Assembly (NCBI GenBank): GCA_964543655.1
Contig: CAZIZE010000040.1
Coordinates: 1-52,429 of the forward strand
DNA: 52,429 nucleotides
Source of the DNA: an uncultured bacterium
GTDB lineage: Bacteria; DYJV01
Reading direction: 5' to 3'
Part shown: piece after piece, positions 10,616 through 20,896 of the stretch
Layout of the letters: each line of letters starts with the position of its first letter
Numbering within the stretch: position 1 is the first letter of the stretch
Program-made: the position numbers and the translations under genes
The notes under the pieces: generated by a model
What the model saw: the letters and a program-made list of their open reading frames with translations, nothing else
What the model was told of the DNA's origin: nothing
The model's database searches: none

Positions 10616-11761
10616 TTAAATTTCATTTGAAAAAATTTCAAGCGCTTTACCAACACCTTTGCCCATTTCAAAATTATAGCCCAATTTTTTAAGTGCAAGT
10701 TCCAAACCTGAAATTGCTGTAATAATATCAAATTTATCAAAAAAACCTATATGAGACAATCTGAAAATTTTACCTTTAGCTTCTCCCTGACCACCTGCAA
10801 TGGTGATTTTATGATCTTCTCTAAAAAGTTTAACAATATCTTGTGCATCAATTCCTTCTGGTGCAAGAACCGCAGTAACAGATTCACTTGGTGAATCAGG
10901 AGCAAAAAGTTTCAAACCAAGTGCTTTAACAGCTTCCCTTGTGGCTTTGGCAAGAATTGAATGCCTTTTAAAAACATTTTCAAGCCCCTCTTCTTTAATC
11001 ATATCGAGCACTTTTGAAAGACCTATAATTAATGATACAGCAGGAGTGTAAGCATTTTGATTTTTCTTTAAATTTTTTCTCTCTTTTTTGAAATCAAAAT
11101 AATACTTTGGCAAATCTGATCTCTCCATAAACTTCCAGGCTTTTTCACTAACTGATGCAAATGCTAATCCTGGTGGCAACATAAATGCTTTTTGTGCACC
11201 ACTAACAAGAATATCTATTCCCCAATTATCAGGTTCAATATTGAAAACACCAACACCTGTAATTCCATCCACTATCATTATGCAATTATCATTCTCTTTA
11301 ACAAGTTGTGCAATCTCTTTAACTGGATGCTTAACACCTGTGGAAGTTTCACTTGCTTGAATGAGTATTCCTCTAATATCAGGATTTTTATTAAGAGCAT
11401 CTTTAACATCTTCTACTTTAACAGCATTACCCCACTTCACATCAATATATACTGGATTTAAACCATATGCTTCACTTATCTCACCCCATCTTTCTCCAAA
11501 TTTTCCACCTCTAACAACAAGAACTTTATCTCCTTTACAAAAAGAGTTAGAAACAGATGCTTCCATAGCTCCTGTACCAGAAGAAGCAAAAACAATAACG
11601 TCATTTTCTGTTTGAAAAACATACTTGAGATCTTCAGAAACCTTTTTAAATATAGCTTTATATCCTGGAGCCCTGTGATGTATAATAGGCAGTGCCATTT
11701 CATTTAAAACATTTTGTGGCACTGGAGTTGGACCTGGTGCTAATAATCGCCATTTTTCCAT
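10616..11761 (-). CDS. Class V PLP aminotransferase (serine-pyruvate/alanine-glyoxylate type; likely phosphoserine aminotransferase role)
   Basis: PGPTPVP, SGTGAMEA, ETSTGV, SGAQKAFMLPPGL motifs; directly upstream of serA. Confidence 0.9.
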   Translation of the reverse strand: MEKWRLLAPGPTPVPQNVLNEMALPIIHHRAPGYKAIFKKVSEDLKYVFQTENDVIVFASSGTGAMEASVSNSFCKGDKVLVVRGGKFGERWGEISEAYGLNPVYIDVKWGNAVKVEDVKDALNKNPDIRGILIQASETSTGVKHPVKEIAQLVKENDNCIMIVDGITGVGVFNIEPDNWGIDILVSGAQKAFMLPPGLAFASVSEKAWKFMERSDLPKYYFDFKKERKNLKKNQNAYTPAVSLIIGLSKVLDMIKEEGLENVFKRHSILAKATREAVKALGLKLFAPDSPSESVTAVLAPEGIDAQDIVKLFREDHKITIAGGQGEAKGKIFRLSHIGFFDKFDIITAISGLELALKKLGYNFEMGKGVGKALEIFSNEI

Positions 11762-11907
11762 GATATTATCTCCTTTTTAGATAGTTAAAAATTCAACAAG
11801 CTGTCTTATATCATTAGATATTCTCTGTCAAGAATTTTATCTTTTTTTAATTGCTTTCAAATGCAAAAAATAGTAATAATAAAATAACAAATTATAGGAG
11901 GTGTATC

Positions 11908-12672
11908 ATGTTATCAAATAAAACAGCAATAGTTACAGGTGGAGGAAGTGGTATTGGTAAGGGAATTGCCAAAATTTTCTCTGAAAATGGCGCTAATGTG
12001 ATTATTGCAGATTTCAATGAAGAAAATGGAATTACTGCTGAAAAAGAGATAAAAAACAGCTATTTTATAAAAACAGATGTTAGCAATGAAGAGAGTGTTA
12101 AAAATATGGTGAATAAAACAATAGAAAAATTTGGTTCAATTGATATTCTTGTTAATAATGCTGGACTTCAATACATAGCAAAAGTAGAAGATTTTCCCCT
12201 TGAAAAGTGGAATCAATTAATTGGAGTAATGCTTACCGGCACATTTCTATGCACAAAATATTCTGTCCCATATATGAAGAAAAATAATTGGGGTAGAATT
12301 ATTAACACATCCTCTGCTCATGGAAAAGAAGCATCACCATGGAAGGCAGCATACGTTTCAGCAAAACATGGCATTATAGGTTTTACTAAGGTTATTGCAA
12401 AAGAGCTTGCTGAATTTAATATCACAGCTAATTCAATATGCCCCGGTTATGTTCTCACACCACTTGTTCAAAAGCAGATAACTGACCTTGCAAAACAGTA
12501 CGGTATTAGTGAAGATGAAGTTCCTGCAAAAGTTCTTCTTAAAGATCAGCCAATTAAATCACTTGTTACCATAGAGGAAGTTGCAGAATTAGCACTTTAT
12601 CTTGCATCTGATAAAGCAAAGCATATTACCTCACAAGCATTAAGCATTGATGGTGGTTGGACAGCACACTAA
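11908..12672 (+). CDS. bdhA: 3-hydroxybutyrate dehydrogenase (SDR family)
   Basis: TGGGSGIG, NNAGLQY, SAHG, AYVSAKHG, CPGYVLTPLV, DGGWTA. ATG at 11908 behind AGGAGG. Confidence 0.88.
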   Translation: MLSNKTAIVTGGGSGIGKGIAKIFSENGANVIIADFNEENGITAEKEIKNSYFIKTDVSNEESVKNMVNKTIEKFGSIDILVNNAGLQYIAKVEDFPLEKWNQLIGVMLTGTFLCTKYSVPYMKKNNWGRIINTSSAHGKEASPWKAAYVSAKHGIIGFTKVIAKELAEFNITANSICPGYVLTPLVQKQITDLAKQYGISEDEVPAKVLLKDQPIKSLVTIEEVAELALYLASDKAKHITSQALSIDGGWTAH

Positions 12673-12943
12673 TTTAGTTATTATACGATTTTCTACTTGA
12701 AATGAATTTGCAATATTCTTAAGTTGCTGTTATTAAAGCATTTTCAAACGTGAACCCTGAAATTGTATTATACAAAACCAAATACAAAATCCAACAGTAA
12801 TTTTTTACAAGTATTCTTATAAGCCTTTTAATTTGAAATAATATTTATAATATTTAAAAAACTTTGAACTTTAAACTGATAACTGTAAACTATTTAAGGG
12901 CTTAAACCCGGAAAAATCTCTTGCTTCAATGTTGGTTTTGTAT
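12671..12943. repeat. Degenerate dispersed intergenic repeat / MITE-like remnant
   Basis: 12786-12820 matches 51356-51392 (AAAATCCAACRGTAATTTTTT(TT)ACAARTATTCTTAT). 12671-12703 is an inverted homolog of 21811-21842. Internal inverted repeat ATACAAAACCAA (12770-12781) / TTGGTTTTGTAT (12932-12943). Confidence 0.6.
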
Positions 12944-13040
12944 TGCTGGTTAATACAGTGGGTAAAGGGTAGTTAGTATTTCTTTGGATAGGGAGTGGGA
13001 TTAGTATGAAAAATATCATAATTTACAAAAGTTACTACAA

Positions 13041-14711
13041 CTAATTGCTAAAATTCAGCAATAACTTTATAATTTTTTCTGTTAATGGCGCTGAATTAGG
13101 ATATAAAAATTTCTGCAAAATTTTACCATCTAAAGTTGTAATTTTTTCAAATGGAAAGTTTATTTGATAACCATCTTTATTAAGCTGAAAAGTATTTATA
13201 ACCTTACCATTTTCCCCTATCATTCCATAACCTAGTCCTATTGCTTTAAGATTATTGTGGCATGAAAAACATCCCCTACCATATTTTGTGGTTGTATGAG
13301 GCACATATGGAGAAAAATTGAAAAGCATTTTTTTGTTGTTAATAATCACATTATAATCTTTATCTGTCCAGGAAACATAGAATTGATAATCTGGTCTTAC
13401 TGGAGAAATTCTTCCCCTCTGATTAATCCCAAGTATTGGATCTGACCATCTTCTGTATGCCCATCCAATGTACCATACACCTAATTTTTTTTTATTATCA
13501 ATATAATCAGTTTCTTCAGGTGGAAGCTGTTTTGAAGGTATATAAATTTTGCCTCGTTTAAATTTTTCAATATCTCCATAATCCCCAAGGCTTTTGTATA
13601 AAATATATTGAGTGTCCGGGATATTGGTATCTTTTAAAAATTTCCACTTAAAGTATCCTTTATAATCCTCACGAATTACATTCATTGCAAAATCTTGAAA
13701 TCCCCAAACAGAGTGACAACTATAACATTCTAAATTTTTATGAAGCTTATGAGGTAAAATATTATTATTAAATTTTTTGGCAAATAATTTTTTCCCACTA
13801 ATCTTGGTAACAATAACTTTTCCTTTACTGTGGCAGGTTAAACATTTTATCTTTACTGCTTCATATTTAAAATTTTGCTCAATCCCATTCCCCATAATCT
13901 CATTTTTAGTATGACAATCTATGCAATCCATACCCTTTCTAAAATGGATATCCTCACTTAATCTATGCATATAAATACCATAAATTTTTGCAGGTGGTTT
14001 GTTATTAATAATTGGTGACCTATATGTTCGTGAATAATCATGCTCAAAATAACCAACATAATCCATGCCAACTCTGTTAAAATTGTGACAGTGCAAACAT
14101 TGGGCAGTTGGTATTTTTTTGGTAAATCTATGCAGATGTTTACCTTTATTATTGTAAAGAATATGACATGCTGAGCATCCTGAACTTCTATGCTCACCAA
14201 ATCTACTACTTCCATTTGTGTTAATATGACATCTTAAACAAACTTTCCTTAAAAAATCATCAACCAAAGTTTTATCTGGAATTTGTGCTGTTTTCTCTGT
14301 TTTAATTGTGGAAAATTTTTTATAGAAACTTTCCTGCTCAAACCATAGGTATCTTGTAATATTTATAATTCCATTTGCTGTGCTCATTAAAGAATTTTCA
14401 ACATTCTTTATATCCTCTATATGACAATTAATGCATTTTAACTTGACATATTTAATATTAGATGGATTATTAATAATGTTTTTATGTGCTATTTTTTTAT
14501 TTTTACTTTTATTATTACCATTATGACAAAATATACATTTAAAATTATGATTATTATCAAGAGCTGAAATATCACTATGACATTTGGTGCAGGAAGATTT
14601 AAATGCTGGTGCTATAAAATGCTCATTAAGTTTTAGATCAACAAATTTTATACTTTCACCAAAAAGCAAAGAATCAATTATAATAAAGAAAAAAATTAAA
14701 ATTTTTTTCAT
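13041..14711 (-). CDS. Exported multiheme cytochrome c with 10 CxxCH motifs
   Basis: CTKCH, CIFCH, CINCH, CLRCH, CSACH, CLHCH, CIDCH, CLTCH, CYSCH, CFSCH; N-terminal signal-like MKKILIFFFII. Confidence 0.9.
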   Translation of the reverse strand: MKKILIFFFIIIDSLLFGESIKFVDLKLNEHFIAPAFKSSCTKCHSDISALDNNHNFKCIFCHNGNNKSKNKKIAHKNIINNPSNIKYVKLKCINCHIEDIKNVENSLMSTANGIINITRYLWFEQESFYKKFSTIKTEKTAQIPDKTLVDDFLRKVCLRCHINTNGSSRFGEHRSSGCSACHILYNNKGKHLHRFTKKIPTAQCLHCHNFNRVGMDYVGYFEHDYSRTYRSPIINNKPPAKIYGIYMHRLSEDIHFRKGMDCIDCHTKNEIMGNGIEQNFKYEAVKIKCLTCHSKGKVIVTKISGKKLFAKKFNNNILPHKLHKNLECYSCHSVWGFQDFAMNVIREDYKGYFKWKFLKDTNIPDTQYILYKSLGDYGDIEKFKRGKIYIPSKQLPPEETDYIDNKKKLGVWYIGWAYRRWSDPILGINQRGRISPVRPDYQFYVSWTDKDYNVIINNKKMLFNFSPYVPHTTTKYGRGCFSCHNNLKAIGLGYGMIGENGKVINTFQLNKDGYQINFPFEKITTLDGKILQKFLYPNSAPLTEKIIKLLLNFSN

Positions 14712-14730
14712 TTTTAAATTTTATTCAATA

Positions 14731-14748
14731 TTTTGATTTAAGTCAATT
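14731..14748. promoter_or_regulatory. CRP/FNR-family (HcpR/FNR-like) palindrome TTGAT-TTAA-GTCAA
   Basis: TTGA-N6-TCAA at 14733-14746, in the ~100-bp divergent region between the cytochrome gene and hcp. Confidence 0.65.
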
Positions 14749-14813
14749 CTTTTATAAAAAAATTGTTGTAAGTTCCACTCAAGAAGAACAAATAAAACCA
14801 AAAGGAGGATAAA

Positions 14814-16442
14814 ATGTTTTGTTTTCAATGTGAACAAACTGCAAAAAATCAAGGATGTGAAAAAGTAGGTGTATGTGGGAAAAAACCAGATGTAGCTGCC
14901 CTTCAAGATCTACTTGTATTTATGTTAAAAGGATTATCAGTTGTGGCTAATGAAGGCAGGAAAGTTGGTGTTAATGAAAAAGATGTAAATGTATTTACCT
15001 GTGAAGCAATGTTTTCCACATTAACAAATGTAGATTTTGATGCAGAGAGATTTGTAGAACTTATTAACAGAGCTTATGAAATCAGGGAAGCATTAAAAGA
15101 GAAAGTTAAATCAAAAGGTGGCAGTATTGATGAGTCTATAGAAGCTGTTTCATACAAGCCTGCATCAACAAAAGAAGCACTTGTTGCTGATGGTGAAAAG
15201 CATGGAATCAAATCTGACCCTGAGCTTGGTGAAGATATTTTATCATTAAGAGAGACTCTTATATATGGACTAAAAGGTGTTGCTGCTTATGCTGATCATG
15301 CTCAAATTTTAGGTAAAGAAGATGATAGAATTTATGCTTTTATGCATGAAGCACTTGCAAAAACTCTTGATAAAAATTTAAGCGTAGATGAATACCTTGG
15401 TCTTGTGCTCAAATGTGGTGAGATCAATCTTATTACAATGGAAATTCTTGATGCTGCAAATACTGGTACATATGGTCACCCTGTGCCAACAAAAGTTCCA
15501 CTTGGCCACAAAAAAGGCAAAGCTATACTTGTATCAGGTCATGACTTAAAAGATATGGAAACAATTTTAAAACAAACAGAGGGGAAAGGCATTTATGTAT
15601 ACACCCATGGAGAAATGCTACCTTGCCACGGCTACCCTGAACTGAAAAAATATGAGCATTTTTATGGTCATTACGGCACAGCATGGCAAAACCAGAAAAA
15701 AGAATTTGCTAAATTTCCAGGTGCAATTATTATGACAACCAACTGCATTCAGGAGCCAAAAGAAGAATATAAAGCCAACATTTTTACCACAGGTCTCGTA
15801 GGTTGGCCTGGAGTTACTCATATTGCAGACAAAGATTTTACCCCAGCAATTAATAGGGCACTTGAGCTACCAGGCTTTGAAGATGATGTTGATGCAGGAT
15901 ATGTAATGACAGGGTTTGCAAGAAATGCAGTTCTTGGAGTAGCTGACAAGGTAATTGAAGCAGTTAAAAATAAACAAATCAGACACTTCTTTCTTGTTGG
16001 TGGCTGCGATGGTGCAAGACCTTCAAGGAACTATTACACAGAGCTTGTTGAAAAAATCCCTGAAGACTGTATTGTACTTACACTTGGATGCGGTAAATTC
16101 AAATTCTTTGATAAAGACCTTGGTGATATTGGTGGTATTCCAAGATTACTTGACATTGGACAGTGCAATGATGCTTATTCAGCAATTCAAATTGCTGTTG
16201 CTCTTGCAAATGCATTTAATTGTGGAGTAAATGATTTGCCTCTATCTCTAATTCTTTCATGGTATGAGCAGAAAGCTGTTGCAATACTACTCACATTGCT
16301 ACATCTTGGAATTAAAGATATGAGAATTGGTCCCACCTTACCAGCTTTTATTTCAAAAAATGTATTAAATGTATTGGTAGATAAATTTGGATTAAAACCT
16401 GTATCAACTCCAGATGAAGATTTAAAAGCTATCCTTGGATAA
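14814..16442 (+). CDS. hcp: Hybrid cluster protein (hydroxylamine/NO reductase)
   Basis: MFCFQCEQT..GC...GVCGK, SGHDL, YTHGEMLP, GGCDG, GCGKF, DIGQCNDAY, SWYEQKA. Confidence 0.98.
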   Translation: MFCFQCEQTAKNQGCEKVGVCGKKPDVAALQDLLVFMLKGLSVVANEGRKVGVNEKDVNVFTCEAMFSTLTNVDFDAERFVELINRAYEIREALKEKVKSKGGSIDESIEAVSYKPASTKEALVADGEKHGIKSDPELGEDILSLRETLIYGLKGVAAYADHAQILGKEDDRIYAFMHEALAKTLDKNLSVDEYLGLVLKCGEINLITMEILDAANTGTYGHPVPTKVPLGHKKGKAILVSGHDLKDMETILKQTEGKGIYVYTHGEMLPCHGYPELKKYEHFYGHYGTAWQNQKKEFAKFPGAIIMTTNCIQEPKEEYKANIFTTGLVGWPGVTHIADKDFTPAINRALELPGFEDDVDAGYVMTGFARNAVLGVADKVIEAVKNKQIRHFFLVGGCDGARPSRNYYTELVEKIPEDCIVLTLGCGKFKFFDKDLGDIGGIPRLLDIGQCNDAYSAIQIAVALANAFNCGVNDLPLSLILSWYEQKAVAILLTLLHLGIKDMRIGPTLPAFISKNVLNVLVDKFGLKPVSTPDEDLKAILG

Positions 16443-16444
16443 TT

Positions 16445-16470
16445 AAAAAGCCCGGCAAGCCGGGCTTTTT
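16445..16470. terminator. Bidirectional intrinsic terminator
   Basis: AAAAAGCCCGGC-AA-GCCGGGCTTTTT between convergent genes. Confidence 0.92.
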
Positions 16471-16503
16471 ATCTAAAATTTATTGCTCTGCATCAAATAG
16501 CCT

Positions 16504-16523
16504 CCAACAACTATATCCTAAAT
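16504..16523 (-). repeat. Copy of a dispersed intergenic repeat
   Basis: Reverse complement ATTTAGGATATAGTTGTTGG is identical over 20 nt to 21621-21640. Confidence 0.7.
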
Positions 16524-16551
16524 TCTAAAATTCTATTCTCCCGCCAATCTC

Positions 16552-16848
16552 TTATAGTTCCTGGACAACAATTGTCCCGCTAATTTTTACCTCTTTTCCA
16601 TTATCATCAATAAAAGAGAGAAAACACCCTTGAATTTCTATTTTAAACCTGCCTTTCCAAGTTTTTATTACCTTACCATTATTATCGTAAAGAATAACAA
16701 TTCTTTTTAATCCAATTAAGTCAGATTTTAAATGTTTTATCTCCTTTCTCTGTTTTTCAGTGCAACCTGAAAGAAAAAAAGTAAAGGAAAAAAGGATTAA
16801 AAAAATTATTGCAAATTTAAAAACTTGTTTTTTTCTGATAAATGTCAT
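16552..16848 (-). CDS. Small lipoprotein (DUF5052-like)
   Basis: Lipobox LSGC; SDLIGLKRIVILYDNNGKVIKTWKG resembles DUF5052 from memory. SD GGAGG. Confidence 0.6.
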   Translation of the reverse strand: MTFIRKKQVFKFAIIFLILFSFTFFLSGCTEKQRKEIKHLKSDLIGLKRIVILYDNNGKVIKTWKGRFKIEIQGCFLSFIDDNGKEVKISGTIVVQEL

Positions 16849-16915
16849 AATATAACCTCCACTACTATTTTTATTTGATATAATTAAAAATAGAATATTT
16901 GTAAAGGATTAAAAA

Positions 16916-17770
16916 ATGAATTTTATTGATTTACACATCCACTCTACATATTCAGATGGCACTTTTTCTCCTGCTGAAATAGTTAAAATTGCAGAAGAAA
17001 AACAGATTAAGGTTGTTGCAATTACAGACCATGATACTATTAATGGTCTTGAAGAATTTGAAAAAGTTAAATCTAATTATGTTGAAAAAGTTCCAGGAGT
17101 TGAGATCAGTGTTCAGATGAAAGATTTTAATTTTCACATGGTCGGTCTTTTCATTAACTGGCATAATAAAGAGTTTCAGGAAAAGATAAATTACTTAAAA
17201 AAAGCAAGAGCCAACAGGAATGTGAAAATATTATCCAAGTTAAATGAGCTTGGTTATAAAGTTACAATGGAAGAATTAGAGAAAATAGCTGATGGTGAAA
17301 TTGGCAGGCCACATATTTCTCAACTTTTGTTGCAAAAAGGGTATTTTAAAGATAAGCAAGAAGTTTTTAATAAATTATTGAAAAAAGGAGCACCAGCATA
17401 TTTTGATAAATTCAGGTTTTCACCAGAAGAAGCTGTTAATATTATTAAAAACCTTGGCAATGGCCTTGCAATCCTTGCACACCCTGGTCTTTTGCCTTTT
17501 AAAAGGGCAGAGAAAATACAGATTATAGAATACTTAAAAGAGATTGGAATAGATGGAATAGAAGTATACTATTCAGAGCATTCCAAAGATGAAACAGAAT
17601 TTTTAAAACAGCTTGCTATTAAAAATAATCTCTTAATTTCAGGTGGTACAGATTTTCATGGTAAAAATAAAATAGGAATAGAGCTTGGTTATGGTAGAGG
17701 GAATTTGAAAATAGATTACTCTATTTATGAAAGATTAAAAGAATATTGGGAAGAAAGGAGGAAAAAATGA
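16916..17770 (+). CDS. PHP-domain metal-dependent phosphoesterase (YciV/TrpH-like)
   Basis: DLHIHSTYSDG, ITDHD, GVEIS, GRPH, LAHP, GGTDFHG. Confidence 0.92.
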   Translation: MNFIDLHIHSTYSDGTFSPAEIVKIAEEKQIKVVAITDHDTINGLEEFEKVKSNYVEKVPGVEISVQMKDFNFHMVGLFINWHNKEFQEKINYLKKARANRNVKILSKLNELGYKVTMEELEKIADGEIGRPHISQLLLQKGYFKDKQEVFNKLLKKGAPAYFDKFRFSPEEAVNIIKNLGNGLAILAHPGLLPFKRAEKIQIIEYLKEIGIDGIEVYYSEHSKDETEFLKQLAIKNNLLISGGTDFHGKNKIGIELGYGRGNLKIDYSIYERLKEYWEERRKK

Positions 17771-18324
17771 ACTTATTTCCACCAAAAGATAATTCACTTT
17801 TGCTTTTAGTTGATTTCCAAACAGGTTTTTTGAAACCATTTAAAGAGAAGGTGGTTAAACATTTAGAAAATAAATTAACTTTGCTTATAGAAACGTGTAA
17901 ATTTTATAAACTACCAATAGTGGTTATGGAGCAGAATAATGAAAAATTAGGCAACACAACTGAAACCATACAAAAGGCTCTTGGAGAATTTTACAAACCA
18001 TATAATAAATTTATTTTTAGTGGCATGAGAGATAATGTAATAAAAGAGCAGATTGAAAATAGTAAAAAACAGAATATAATTATTGCAGGAATAGAGACTC
18101 ATATATGTGTTTTGCAGACAACTTTTGATTTGATAAGCAAAAATTACAATGTTTATATAATATCTGATGCTGTTGGCTCAAGGTTTAAAGAAGATTACAT
18201 GTTTGGACTTGAAAAATTAAGGGAAATAGGAGCTAAATTACTTACAACAGAAATGCTGCTTTTTGGCTATCTTGAAAGATCAGATAGAAAAGATTTTAAA
18301 CATTTTTTACCATTCTTAAAATAA
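17767..18324 (+). CDS. Isochorismatase/cysteine hydrolase family protein
   Basis: [31 protein letters not shown] motifs; ATGA overlap with the PHP gene. Confidence 0.88.
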   Translation: MNLFPPKDNSLLLLVDFQTGFLKPFKEKVVKHLENKLTLLIETCKFYKLPIVVMEQNNEKLGNTTETIQKALGEFYKPYNKFIFSGMRDNVIKEQIENSKKQNIIIAGIETHICVLQTTFDLISKNYNVYIISDAVGSRFKEDYMFGLEKLREIGAKLLTTEMLLFGYLERSDRKDFKHFLPFLK

Positions 18325-18338
18325 GAAAGGGGGATAAA

Positions 18339-19997
18339 ATGCGTTCAGATTTAATGAAAAAAGGTATAGAGAGAGCACCTCACAGATCTCTCTTTAAAGC
18401 AACAGGGCTTACAGACGAAGAATTAAACAGACCAATTATAGGTATTGTAAATTCAGCAAATGAAGTTATTCCTGGTCATATACATCTTGATAAAGTAGTT
18501 GAAGCAGTAAAAGCAGGTGTGAGAATGGCAGGTGGCACTCCACTTGAATTTTCCACAATTGGTATTTGTGATGGAATTGCTATGGGTCATAGAGGAATGA
18601 AATACTCTCTTGGTTCAAGAGAGTTAATAGCTGATAGTGTGGAAGTAATGGCTAATGCTTATCCGTTTGATGGGCTTGTTATAGTTCCAAATTGTGATAA
18701 AATTATTCCTGGAATGTTAATGGCAATTGCAAGATTGAATATCCCATCTATAATGGTTAGTGGTGGTCCCATGCTTGCTGGAAATTACAAAAATAAATGC
18801 GTTGATCTTATCACAGTTTTTGAAGCAGTTGGAAAATTTTCTAAAGGTGAAATTAGTGCTGAGGAGATGAGCGAAATTGAAGGTTGTGCATGTCCTGGTG
18901 CTGGTTCATGCAGTGGTATGTTTACAGCAAACTCCATGAATTGCCTTTCAGAAGTTCTTGGGATGGCACTTCCTTACAATGGTACTACTCTCGCCATATC
19001 AGCTGAAAGAATAAGGCTTGCTAAATATACTGGAATGAAAATAATGGAGCTTGTTGAAAAAGATATAAAACCACTTGATATAATGACATTTGAAGCTTTT
19101 AAAAATGCAATTGCAGTGGATATGGCTTTTGGTGGCTCAACAAATACAGCCTTGCATTTACCAGCAATTGCCCATGAATGCGGTATCAACCTTGAGTTAA
19201 AATATTTTAATGAAATTTCAGATAAAACACCTCATCTTTGCAATATGAGTCCAGCAGGACCACATCATATAGAAGATTTGCATTATGCAGGGGGAATTCC
19301 AGCATTGATTAATAGATTGAGAGAAATAGGGGTTATCCATGAAAATGCTTTAACTGTTACCACAGAGTCAATTGGTGAAAATGTAAAAAGTGCTGAAGTA
19401 TTAAATAATGAAGTTATCAGGCCTATTGACAGCCCTTATCATAAAACAGGTGGACTTGCTGTGTTATATGGTAATCTTGCTAAGGATGGCTCTGTTGTAA
19501 AAAGAAGTGCAGTTGATTCTACAATGTTGAAACATGAAGGCCCAGCAAGGGTGTTTAATTCTGAAGAGGAAGCCCTTGATGCAATTTTATCTCATAAAAT
19601 TAAAAAAGGTGATGTTGTTGTAATCAGATATGAAGGTCCAAAAGGTGGTCCCGGAATGAGAGAGATGCTTGCACCAACCTCTGCAATTGCTGGTGTTGGT
19701 CTTGATAAGGATGTTGCTCTTTTAACAGATGGTAGGTTTTCAGGTGGTACCCGTGGAGCTGCAATTGGACATATTTCTCCTGAAGCTGCTGAAGGTGGTT
19801 TAATTGCTCTTGTAGAGGAGGGTGATACTATTTCAATTGATATAGAAGCTAACAAGCTTGAACTAAAAGTTTCAGATGAAGAGATAGAAAAAAGAAGAAA
19901 AGCATGGAAACCATTGGAGCCTAAAATAAAAAAAGGATATATGTATAGATATTCTTTAAGAGTAAAATCTGCAAACACAGGAGCTATTTTAGATTAG
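18339..19997 (+). CDS. ilvD: Dihydroxy-acid dehydratase
   Basis: [54 protein letters not shown]. Confidence 0.98.
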   Translation: MRSDLMKKGIERAPHRSLFKATGLTDEELNRPIIGIVNSANEVIPGHIHLDKVVEAVKAGVRMAGGTPLEFSTIGICDGIAMGHRGMKYSLGSRELIADSVEVMANAYPFDGLVIVPNCDKIIPGMLMAIARLNIPSIMVSGGPMLAGNYKNKCVDLITVFEAVGKFSKGEISAEEMSEIEGCACPGAGSCSGMFTANSMNCLSEVLGMALPYNGTTLAISAERIRLAKYTGMKIMELVEKDIKPLDIMTFEAFKNAIAVDMAFGGSTNTALHLPAIAHECGINLELKYFNEISDKTPHLCNMSPAGPHHIEDLHYAGGIPALINRLREIGVIHENALTVTTESIGENVKSAEVLNNEVIRPIDSPYHKTGGLAVLYGNLAKDGSVVKRSAVDSTMLKHEGPARVFNSEEEALDAILSHKIKKGDVVVIRYEGPKGGPGMREMLAPTSAIAGVGLDKDVALLTDGRFSGGTRGAAIGHISPEAAEGGLIALVEEGDTISIDIEANKLELKVSDEEIEKRRKAWKPLEPKIKKGYMYRYSLRVKSANTGAILD

Positions 19998-20008
19998 AAA
20001 GGGGATGT

Positions 20009-20896
20009 ATGGAAAAAATTTTTGTTGGATATGATTGTTTGAAATGTTTTGTCTCTCAAATTGATAAAGTTTTAAATTTTCTTGAAATAGAAGAGTTAAA
20101 AAAGAGAGAATTTTTTTTAAAATCAGTAAAGTTTCTATCTGAAATTGAAAATTTTAACTGTCATCCTCCTGAAATAGCAAGATTATTGTACGATTACCTT
20201 TATAGGTTGTTAGGCAACAGTGACCCATTTAGAGAGGTTAAGGAAAAGACCAATCAAATTGCAGCTAAAGTGTTAAATGAGCTTGAAAAAAAACATAAAA
20301 ATCTTACACTTGAAGATTATTTAAAATTTGCAGTGGCAGGTAATATTATTGATTTTGGAGTTTCAAATAGTAGAGCTGATTATGATATTGTGGAAATTTT
20401 AAAAATTATTGAAGAATTTCAATTTGAGATCAATGATTTTCAGATATTTTTGAACAATTTAAAAAAAGGGAAAAAACTGCTTTACATTCTTGATAATTCA
20501 GGTGAAGCAGTTTTTGACCTTGCTTTTATAAAAAAAATTCAACAAAGTTTTCCATTGATTAAAATAATTGTAGCTACAAGAAGTAGGAACATTATAAATG
20601 ATATATCCTACACTGATGCAATGAGTATGGGATTTCATAACTTTGCTAAGGTTATAAGTTCAGGATATGCAGGGCCGGGAATTTGCCTTGAAAAATCTTC
20701 AGATGAATTTATTAAAGAATTCAGCAGTGCTGATATAATTGTTTCCAAAGGACAGGGTAATTTTGAAACGCTTTGGGGTGAAACAGAGAACATTTTCTTT
20801 GCATTAAAAATAAAATGTATGCATGTTGCTAAAAAAAGTGGTTTTAAGCTTTACTCCAATTTGTTTGTAAATGGTTTAAAATATGATAAAAGTTAG
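20009..20896 (+). CDS. DUF89/ARMT1-like damage-control phosphatase
   Basis: N-terminal CLKC, DPF..K, AVAGNIIDFG, DNSGE.VFD, IIND, SKGQGNFETL, KC. Confidence 0.88.
   Translation: MEKIFVGYDCLKCFVSQIDKVLNFLEIEELKKREFFLKSVKFLSEIENFNCHPPEIARLLYDYLYRLLGNSDPFREVKEKTNQIAAKVLNELEKKHKNLTLEDYLKFAVAGNIIDFGVSNSRADYDIVEILKIIEEFQFEINDFQIFLNNLKKGKKLLYILDNSGEAVFDLAFIKKIQQSFPLIKIIVATRSRNIINDISYTDAMSMGFHNFAKVISSGYAGPGICLEKSSDEFIKEFSSADIIVSKGQGNFETLWGETENIFFALKIKCMHVAKKSGFKLYSNLFVNGLKYDKS

Noticed and set aside
12770-12943. 6S RNA-like long hairpin
   Set aside because: The size fits, but pairing is limited to two short stems, and the segments recur at other intergenic loci, which favours a repeat remnant.
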